A DNA stretch of 64,000 bases from Azolla caroliniana (Eukaryota; Plantae; Polypodiophyta). The stretch covers positions 11,904,001 to 11,968,000 of the forward strand of contig JBHGNT010000017.1 in NCBI GenBank assembly GCA_043228905.1, written 5' to 3'. The translations under genes and the position numbers were made by a program. The notes beneath the pieces are model-generated. The model did no database searches. It saw only the letters and a list, made by a program, of their open reading frames with translations, and was not told the origin of the DNA. Positions within the stretch are counted from its first letter, which is position 1, and each line of letters opens with the position of its first letter. Of this stretch, positions 54,434 through 64,000 are shown piece by piece.

Positions 54434-57199
54434 TTACGGAGAATCACTACTATAACTAATATACAATGACGATTCCTCCTCATCATCCTCGGATGTACCA
54501 ATCAGTGCATTATCTTCGTCATAAACCAAATGGTTTGACTCTAGATTATATGTAGCAGATCTCGTTTGCCTTTGACTCGAGCCACCTTGTAGACCTGGTA
54601 ATTTTTCTTTTATTATATCTATTGTTGACTTCCTTAATCGTCCGGCTTTTGTAAGTGTGAAGTCGTACATGATGATATCCACATCAGAGATATCAAGGGT
54701 CGAGGTGTTACGAATGTTTCGCTTCCTCTTCCTACCTCCCCTTCTTGTTTGGCATTCAATCCTACCTGTAAAAGCATTTGCACTTCTAGTGTTGTACCAA
54801 TGAACATTTATAGACTTGATCGTGTTTTCTATTTCATGCATTAGCACTTCTAGAATTTTACCAACCCAAAATTGGTGGCCATGTGAGTTCTCATCAGCCG
54901 GCGTTGCAATCAACATCCCCGCGGTGAGCTCTTGCAAATTTCCTTGCCATCTAGCTTCGACTGCTTTGGTCATCCTTGGTCCCACATAAATGTCTCTTTG
55001 TTGTGGATGGACCAAGCTGTCATTAATCGCATTTACTAGTCGCTCCGGACTTCTATTTACGCGATCATGTTGCAGCGACCATGTGAATGGCGTTTCCAAA
55101 TTCCAATTATCAACAGATACACAATTGTCTATAATTTCATTCTGATCACTATAAAATACATCCCACCATGACGTGTCTTGTTGTGCGGCATATTTCTTGG
55201 CGGCCTCAATATGCTTTCTTTTTTCTTCTAAGGCTTGGAGCCATGACCGTTTTTGTTCTGATACCAAGTCGCTCTACAACTCTCCTTTCTTCTCAATTGG
55301 CATTTGCTTAGCTCCATGGACAATTGTACTCGGCATACAAAGTAATAACTGGCAACCACCTTCAGGTTCCCATGTTGTAGAAGATGAATATTGTTTAGCA
55401 TACAAAAGTGTAGAACCACTTATTCCATTTTTCTTTATCAAAAAAATGTGATTGAAACTTATATTGTTTAACTGAGCAAGCACTTTAACATTCCCACCAC
55501 CCCCATCTAATATATATCTCTTAAAGTCATATACCTCCTTCAAGTGTAACACTTTTGGGCGTGGTGTATATGCATCACAAATGACATCAAATAGTTTAGG
55601 TAAAGTGAAAGCATCATGCCGAGACAACTGTCTGGAGAATGTGCTAAACATCTGATCTATATGGTCATGTGTGTGGCCAACCAAAAGGAAATTGACTTTC
55701 ACTTTCCTAAACAATTCTAGGTTGACCAACATACTTAGATAGCCAAATACAGTTGAATTTTTGTTCTCTCTAGCAGTATTGTCCAATTGAATGTATAGAA
55801 CAGGGGGGAAAGGTTGTCCCCAAGACATCAAAACTCGGTGAATCACTGTAACTGTTAGGTTAGGGTCATTGTGAACATTGGGGTAAGTAATGAAGACGTG
55901 AGGTCGAACAGACCTATTATAAGCCAAGCATCCCACCAAGTGCATTTGAACAAGGCACTCATCATTGACATCTTTGGGGAGCCTCCGCATATGCGGCAAG
56001 CATGTCTTCTTCTGGTCCATGCCATCTATCATTAAGCACATGTATTGTTCAGGCCTCTTCAAACACTTCTCTCTATGATGCATCGCCTTCCTTCGTTCTA
56101 AGGATTGTGCCTCACGATGCTCTTGTAGTAACTTCTTACTCGTATCCTTTTCCATTGATGTCTTTGCACCTTTAGCCAAACTTTTAAGATTTGCACAAAT
56201 GGAGCAATACCCCATACGTACTTTACGAGGAATAATAACATTTGAAAACCGAGCTCTCCATAATCTTGTGAATTGGCTATAGGTGATAGACTTATTACGT
56301 GAGCCCAACATTTCAGATCGATAGACATCATAAACTTCCCGACGGGTATAATTATCAGAAAGATGCATCCTACCTGTAGTGGGCATTACTTCACAATTTA
56401 ACTGAAAGTAAGTTTTCATCCAGCCAATAGCTAGTCTTCCAATTGCACCTTTCATACTTGGAACCTCTTTACAATTGAGCATCTGATCCCCGCTAAGTAG
56501 ACGTTGTTGTACTCTATGTAGCCGCATGTTACTAACACATAACGCAATTTTGAATGCAACTCTACATATCTGTTGCGCATGGAAGATATAATACTCGAAT
56601 GATACTTTGATCCCCGTACATTTGTCAGATACTAGTTGCATATGTGATCCGAGGTAAGTGTCTTGCTCATCACCGGTCATCGAAAAATAGTATCGCCTTA
56701 ATTCTCGCAACTTTGATTTTCCAATCATAGACATACAACCACGGGCACAACATATTTTGTTGACATCAAATCCAATCTGTTTATCTGATGTCACCAAGCT
56801 AAATCTAGCCAGACGAATTCTTCGTGGGATTCTTCTAATATGCATAGGGCTCCCAGATTTCTCTTCCTGAATAGAGGTTGGTGTAACCTTGTTACAGTCT
56901 AATTCTCTGTTCTGACCATCGCCAATGTTATTCAATGTTTCCTGGGCACTTCCTTCATTCTCGGTATCTTTATTAATATCGTATTCTTCAATAGAGAACT
57001 CTTCACATGTGTCATTATTTACATTCCCTGTAGATGAGCTCAGACAATATTCTTCGATAGAATATGGTGAGTCGGTCGACAGACAATATTCTTCAATCGA
57101 ATATGGTGACTCTGTTGACAAACAATACTCTTCAGTAGAAAACGATGGGTCTGATGACAAACAATATTCTTCAATCGAGAACGGTGAATCTTCACTCAT
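54434..57199 (-). CDS. DDD/E transposase (Sola1-like), ~921 codons with one in-frame TAG at 55274-55276
   Basis: ORFs 55274-57199 and 54434-55267 are in the same frame. Motifs CSIC, LMIDGMDQ, LYIQLDNTARENKN, FLLVGHTHDHIDQMFS; N-terminal 13-aa repeats. Confidence 0.82.
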
Positions 57200-57854
57200 G
57201 GCTTAAGGTCTAGATAGGGCTCTCTAAGTTATACTCCTCTCTAAACATATACTCCTCCCTAAACATAAACTTCTCTCTAAACAAAAGCCAAATCAATAGA
57301 ATGTCTATATTATGTAATATTCTATTAATACAATACATCTAAAAATTATTTTTAATAAAGTAATTTTACTTAAATTATCAATCATTATATAAACTAGATC
57401 TAAATGATGTTAAATCAAGTAAAATATAAAACTAATCATTAACAAGCCTTGAATATGTTGGATTAATGTTAAAATCATTGGCTAATTAATGGCGCCCATT
57501 TTGATATAGAACGTCTCACGCATTGGTTCTTTAATGCTCACCATTTTAAATATTAGACTTATCAATCATTGGTTAATTCATGCCCACATCTTTAATACAT
57601 AACATTTGAGAGTCATAAAAATTGTTGCTTTTAGTAATCAATCATTGGTACATTCATGAACCTCTATCATTGTCTCCTTCATAACCTTTGAAGTCATTGT
57701 AGGTTGTTATGACTATAAAAGATTGATCAATATGTTAGTTTGACTTTGTAATCATTAATACAATCATAAGTTACTCTAGTTAATGTGACTATGGTTACCA
57801 ACTAACTATCCTCAAAGTTACCAACATTGGTTAAGGTGACTATGGTTACTTTAA

Positions 57855-57878
57855 CCAATGTGTTCAATCCCTATAAAT
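57855..57878 (+). promoter_or_regulatory. Candidate CCAAT and TATA box of the ParB-MTase gene
   Basis: CCAAT 57855-57859 and TATAAAT 57872-57878, ~145 nt upstream of the ATG at 58023. Confidence 0.5.
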
Positions 57879-58022
57879 AGGAAGACCTCGTCATATTTCA
57901 CTCACCAGAGCGTACAGAGCGTACAGAGCACACAGAACGTAGAGAGCACACAAAGCACACAAAGCACTCAGAGCACAAAGCACGAAAGCGCGATCTCCGC
58001 CTCCACTTCAACACGATCAACC

Positions 58023-61000
58023 ATGTCTTCAAAGAGAATCGAGCGCGAGGACTCCAGGTAGGCCTCTGACACTGTGGACATTTTTGTAAATATGTTTCGT
58101 TTCTCAAGAACTCGATACGGTGTATTGAGTTCATGTATACAATACAAATATTTATACACGAACTCGATACGGCGTATCGAGTCCCTGTATATAAGAAGGC
58201 TTTGAGAGAGAAAAATCGTTTATGGGGTGGAAATGATATCAAATTGTCTGGCAAAATCAGTCTTTTTTATGTTGACTTTACTTACTTTTAAAGAAATACA
58301 TGCTCTAATTATAGGTGTTTTATGACCTACTTTAGCTTAAAATAGTAGAAAATGATCTACAAATTGCCTTTACTATGGCAAATTCTCCTCAATATAGGTT
58401 TAGAATCTATATAAGTCATACCTACTATTTAAAAGAATATATAACCCATTTTACTTATTACGATATATATTTTCTAGGTTGAATAGCCCTGCCTATTATA
58501 GATTTTTGAATATGTTACTGCTCCTGGAAACTGTTCTTCATTATAATATACAACTTCAATCTACGTGACTGTCTAACTTATGTTTTTGCATATACTTTCT
58601 TAAATAGGTCGTTTGAGAACCTGTCGGACTGACCCGTGAAGAAAATTAAGCTTCGCATACAAGGTTCTCCAATCGAAGCCCAGACCAAGGTAGCTCCTGA
58701 GACCATGAAGAGAGGAAAAAAGCTTCTCTTTAACGAAGAGACAAAATCTCAGCCACATAGTGATGTTAGCCAAAAGAAACTTGTCGCCGCTACTGGAGGT
58801 GAAGACCTTCCTGACTGAGATCTAACGGACAAGGAATGGTGTATGCAATATGTCGACTCAAAGAAAAAAGTCGTATTGTATACAGCAAAGAAGAAGGGTG
58901 AGGGGCAGCTTGGAAAAGAAACCCCATTTATGTATGGCCGTATTCTACGATTTGACTACGAAGATGCAGATTCGGCCAACATATTGGTAATGATAGAGTG
59001 CTCCAAGGGGGTACGTAAAGTGTTCCTTTCAGAAGACCTTTTAGTAAAGGAATCTTGTGGGCCTGAAGTGTTCAAAAAAGCACTTGATAACTCACAAAAC
59101 CTGATTGTTACCTTGAGGCCTTATATACAAGGCCATGTAACTCTAAGAGATGAAGAGCCCTCCCCCTTGAAGGCCACAAAAAAGGTATCCAAAGTCCAGT
59201 CAAGACCAGCCAAGAAGAAGACAACAAAAATGTCGGATACGGATTCAACAAGTGAAAATGAAGAAGAGGATAATAAGGGGACGCTAGGAGCCGAGCTGGC
59301 CTCGGGTGTTTTGTCATCTGAGCAGAATAAAATAAGGAGAGAGTTAATGCAAGGGAAGCTGGTCAGGAAAGGGCAAGTATTTAATTTGCCTATAACACAC
59401 ATCCATCGGCCCCCTATTGATGAAAAAACAGGTCGAAGACCACTTGAGATTAGAGAGCCTCACCGCATGCATGTTCAAAATCTCAAGAAAAAAATGAAAA
59501 TTAATCCTCATGCCACTGTGGTGCCTTTTATTGTTATGGTAGATCCTGAAGAATGTGAAACCATTGAAGATTTTGATATCAGAAAGCATGATCAATATAA
59601 TTATTTTGTCATTGGTGGATCGCATTCAGCAGAGGCACGTCGGCAACTTGTGAGAGAACATCCAACCACTTTCTTCTTCAAGTATGCCGAGTGCAAAATT
59701 TATGTTGGGCTCACAACCGAAGAGGCTAAGCTGTTGGCATGGGACCATAATAATGATAATGACTATAGGCAGAAAATGTCGTCTATTGAGCGTATACGGT
59801 TCTTCCACCACGAGTATTTAGATGTGAAACAAAAGTTTGGTGTGAAGTTACATCCAGGCCTTCGACGTCAATGTCTGCATGAAGTCGGCATTGTGGTAGA
59901 TGATAATGTTAGGTCCGATGGTCTTCGAAAGTATGAGTCTTGGTTTCAATTGGCGTTTAGAGATGGAGAAGTATGGGACATCCAAGATCAAATCTTCTCA
60001 ATGTGGGAGAATAAGGAGGTAAAGGGTCAACGACAAAAGAAATGTAGGGTTGACCCTCAACTAGAATTAAAGTCACAAGCCGCCAAGAAAATTGACTTGA
60101 CAATTGAAGAAGCGGCAGACGACATGAAGCTGTCTCTATGGAGAGCGATGCAAGGTATTAAGGACGAGCAACTTCTTGTGTCGGTTTTGTCAAGGGTTGT
60201 GGCGAAAGATTTAAGCCTTGAAGAAATGGTCACTGAGTTCAATAAGTAAGTCTTTCAAATACTGAAATTGTAGTCTATCTGGTGTAATTCAAAGTTCTAA
60301 TCTTGATTTCTAATTTTACAGTCATAAGGTGTACATGAAGATCCAAGAAGTTATGATGAAACAACTTGGATGTATAACTTGGGAACAAGTGACCGAGGAT
60401 TATCCTCTAACGTCTTCGTATAAGGCGTTATCAGAGTATTTTATTGCATTCAAGGATTGGGTTAGTATTCATGTTTTTTCATTACCCTTTCATCATATCT
60501 AGAGCTTGTATAATAATACCTGATGTCCTATTGCTTCTATTAGAAACCGTGTTGAGGCAAGAAACAAGGAGAAGTTAAGGATATACACGATTTCCCTACA
60601 TCCTTCCTTGCACATCTTGAGCGAGCCAGAAAAGAAAAGGATCGTCGCTTAGTCAAGGCGTACGAAATGGAGGAAGATGGCTCGTTTAAAAAATTTAGCC
60701 ACAAAAAAGATATTACGAGAGATCTTTACTACAATGTGGTTTGTGGTGATGTCATCGACTTGATCCAGAAGGTGCCAAAGAAGGAATATACGCTAATGAT
60801 TGCGGATATTCCTTACGGATTTCGAATGGCTGGGTCATCATACGACGATGAACCGTTTAGGTTTAAACAATTGGAGAAGATGGTCAAGGATTTCGCTGAG
60901 CTAACGACCGCATCCTTGTGGCGAATAGTTGTCTTTCATAGTATGGACCAAGGGTACTCGGTAGCTCAAGCTTTGAGATCTCGTTGCCATGGCATCGAGA

Positions 61001-61833
61001 ACCTTGCATGGTAAGGATTATTTATAGGTGTCTTTCATTATATTGCAATTCTTAAGGTTGTTGAATCTATTCTTAACTCGATGAATTATTTTTTATAGGA
61101 TCAAGACCAATGTAAATAGAGGGCCAACTTTTCGGTTTGTTAATGCCATTGAATACATAACGGTTGGCTACTTCGATGAAATTAAAAAACAGAGAATCAA
61201 AGAGCATTCTAATGAAGTGGGAGGTTCAAATCTGTTGGTATATCCAGCAGTGACTCGGAAATTGCGACATGTCATCACGACAGAACGGGGACTTGTCAAC
61301 CCATACCAAAAACCTCAACGACTTATGATGCGCTTGATCGAGATGTTTTCTGTCGAAGGAGACTGGATATTAGATCTCTTTTCTGGCACAGGTATTCCTC
61401 GAACTAGGGTAACGATCTTGAGATAACCAATCACTTTTTTTTCGTTTGACAACTAAATCTTCTTGTTACTTACATCATAGGAACTACGTCAGCATGTGCA
61501 TTGAAGCTGTTTAGAAATACAGTTGCATTGGAGAAGGACGAGGACCAGGTTATATTTATTAATATGCGGATTAAGGCTTTGTGGGAGTGCCCAGACCAGG
61601 ATGAGGAGGTCGGTGCAAAGAACCTCGCCAATACAGAAAGGTTTCAACCTGCTTCACGAGAGCCTATTCCTCCGTTAGCCGGCGAACCGGGGGAGCTAAT
61701 AGAGCTTGATGATGAGCTTATAGAAGATATTTCGTTGGCTCGGCTAACAGGGGAAACCAATGCACGTATAGCCGAAGACAGTTCTACACAAGATGATGAA
61801 GAAAATGACGTTGATGAATTGATTGCTATGTAA
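58023..61833 (+). pseudogene. ParB-like domain fused to a beta-class N6-adenine/N4-cytosine DNA methyltransferase; six exons, ~974 codons, three in-frame TGA
   Basis: GT-AG exons 58023-58057, 58608-60245, 60322-60460, 60544-61010, 61099-61391 and 61481-61833 (2925 nt, frame preserved). Motifs CGDVIDLI..LMIADIPYG (IV), WIK, YQKPQRLMMRLIEMFS (X), ILDLFSGTG|TTSACA..VALEKD (I-II). TGA at 58630, 58816 and 60553. Confidence 0.85.
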
Positions 61834-63468
61834 TAGACTCTATAAAGAATATGACACTGACGATTTGTTAAGATTTCACATTATTAATACAAATTTTGGG
61901 TTTTACCTAGTGGATTCTATTCTTTATAATCTTCTATATGTTTCAATTTTATTTTTATATACTTGATTAGTAGATTTATGATATTGGTTTCACCGCGTGC
62001 ATAGCTGACTACCAAACTTATGGAGAAACATGAACTAGTTTAAATGGAGGCTGATTTTGGTCCAAGCTAACCTTAACAGAACATGGCCCTATAATTGTTG
62101 CCATGACTGTCCATGTTGTTATTATGGATCTTTGTCTTATATTGTTAAAACTATTATGTTTCTATTCCATTGCTGCTTAGATTGTGTAGTGTGTTGATAA
62201 TGGTTTCAGTTGCGTTATCGTTCGGAGTTTGATCTTGTGTGAATCACCTAAGCAATAGAGTAGATCAATTTTAAATACAGGTATGAAAGCCTAATAGGTT
62301 TGTTATTTCCACGACATTATCCTAAAGTTCACTGCCTTACATTGTGCACAATTATATACACATATGGTTTGATCCCATATGAACAAACTGAGGAATAGAT
62401 TAGATCAACTTTTAATACAAGTATTGAATACTTTAATAAGTTAGTTATTCCAATCACTTATCCTAATGTGCACTATCCTACATTTTCCACAATTACATAC
62501 ATGCACATATGGGTCAAAGTATAAATTATATCTCATTTTATTAGTATGGATACAAGTACACCTCATATTTTTGTAAAACCTACCTAATTAATATAAGTCT
62601 TTAAGTTAGTGTTTACCTTGTCGCACAATAGTGCCATATTGAGCCATAGTTGAACTTTATTATGCTTACATTAACTTATCAACATGTCTAAACTTGCATG
62701 CTTTCTAATGATCTCCACTCGTAGATCTATCATGTATTTTTATATTTGCAAATTCTTATCAAGTTGAGGAACATGTGATACTAGTGCATCCAATTATTGT
62801 AGAGAGGGTGTATTTGCTTCGTTTTAAGAAGATTCTACAAGTGGAATGCGCAATCCTTCCACTTGTGAACGCGAACGTGTTTTCTTACATATGGAAGAAT
62901 TTGCTTACAATAATTCAATCCATTCTTCTACGGGATTCACTCCGTTCTTTGCAAACACAGGATATCATCCTCGATGGATGATGCTCGAATGTCCAAAAGT
63001 CTCAAAAAATCCCACGGTCAAAGATCGTCTAGAAAAACTCAAAGAAATTCAAACCAACCTTTCTCACAATTTGCTTCATGCTCAAACCAAGTACAAGAAG
63101 GTGGCGGATAAACATCGCTTAGATTCTTCACTTGAAGACCCTAAGTTTAAAGTTGTTGATCGTGTCTGGTTATTGCGTCGTAATGTGAAAACTACTCGAC
63201 CAAGTGCCAAATTGGATTTCCAACGTCTAGGTCCATTTGTAATCTCTCATCAAATCAATGATGTTGCATTTCGTCTGGACCTACCTTCACATATGCGTCT
63301 TCATCCAGTAATTCATGTTTCATTATTAGAACCATGGACATCAAGTTCTATTCCAAATCGGGTTATCCCACCACCACCTCCGGTTCAACTTGCTGAAGGA
63401 CCTAAATATGAAGTAGAAGCTATTTTGGACTCTAAGGTCATCCACAATAAGTTATATTATCTAGTAGA

Positions 63469-64000
63469 TGTTGAGAAGCAAGCTCAACATGGTATGCGAT
63501 GCTTATTGGGAAATAAGTTATAGTAGTTATTTAGCTACTTGTGAACATAAAGGAGAAACAGCTAATTAGCTACTGACAGCTAATTAGCTACTGACAGCTA
63601 TTTAGCTACTGACAGCTATTTAGTGACTGATAGCTAATTAGCTACAGGCAGCTAATTAGCTGCATACGTAAGTAACTTATTACTTAGGTAGAAAGTAAGA
63701 GAGTAAGAAAAGAAGAAGAAGAAGATATACAGGAAGTAGAACTCTGTGAGAGAGAAAAAATATAGAGAGAAAGAACTCAGAGAGTGAGAGCAAGAGAGAG
63801 AAACAAACGAGAGCAAGTAGAGCTCTGCGCATAATGAAATAGAAGAAGTTTTTGGCTGCTACAGAGGTAAGTCTCCTTCCCCCTTCCCTTCTGTGTTTGA
63901 GCACTAAACGATCTAGCACACCACGATCCGCCGCGCACATAAGAAGAGCCCGAGTGCCTTCTTCACGTTTTCTTAACATGGTATCAGAGCAGAGTTGCTC
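63469..64000 (+). mobile_element. 5' LTR (63469-63978) and Met PBS of another LTR retrotransposon, probably Copia, running off the window
   Basis: TGTTGAGAAGCAAGCTCAAC start similar to the 17866 LTR; ...TAACA then tggtatcagagc at 63979-63990. Confidence 0.85.

Larger units (their letters stand above)
54075..62881. mobile_element. TIR DNA transposon, Sola1-like, 8807 bp, carrying a ParB-methyltransferase gene
   Basis: 36-bp TIRs 54075-54110 and 62846-62881 (1 mismatch); TSD TTCT (54071-54074, 62882-62885); excision restores the host integrase frame gat-ttc-tta-cat. Confidence 0.93.
51651..63468 (+). mobile_element. Tcn1-like chromovirus Gypsy, gag-PR deleted: LTR 51651-52065, RT, RNase H, integrase, start of chromodomain
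   Basis: TG..CA LTR; RT ([18 protein letters not shown]); RNase H (EADASDFALG); integrase split by the 54075-62881 insertion (DDWMDF|LHMEEFAYNNS); GPF-like motif; YEVEAILDS chromodomain cut at 63469. Confidence 0.88.

Noticed and set aside
58023-61833. Bacterial contamination or mis-assembly as the source of the methyltransferase
   Set aside because: The gene has five frame-preserving GT-AG introns and lies within TIRs and a TSD that interrupt a plant retrotransposon in frame.
5900-63468. Tcn1-like pieces at 5900-7420 and 52130-63468 as one element split by insertions
   Set aside because: Both contain the same RT segment ([12 protein letters not shown]) in diverged form, and the right piece has its own LTR, so they are separate copies.

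Overview
Eukaryotic land-plant genomic DNA. Tcn1-like chromoviruses and Sola-like DNA transposons suggest a non-seed plant such as a fern or lycophyte (inference). The left 4.7 kb holds the first six exons of an OS-9 ER-lectin gene on the minus strand. The remaining ~59 kb is a deeply nested transposon stack that can be resolved by target-site duplications (TSDs). A minus-strand chromovirus Gypsy (8767-51599, TSD TGAGC) sits in a Copia relic. It contains a three-LTR Athila/Tat-like Gypsy (9946-26636, TSD CGTGG, itself carrying two Copia insertions) and a deleted Sola2-like DNA transposon (31303-50499, TSD TCGA). The Sola2-like element is interrupted by a solo LTR and by a 5-LTR/4-unit tandem array of a gag-only retroelement (35107-46990, TSD GCGC). 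The most striking feature is an 8.8-kb TIR DNA transposon (54075-62881, 36-bp TIRs, TSD TTCT) inserted in a Tcn1-like integrase. It encodes a Sola1-like transposase and, divergently, a six-exon gene for a ParB-like domain fused to a prokaryote-type beta-class amino (6mA/4mC) DNA methyltransferase. All family assignments rest on motif recognition by eye, not on database searches.
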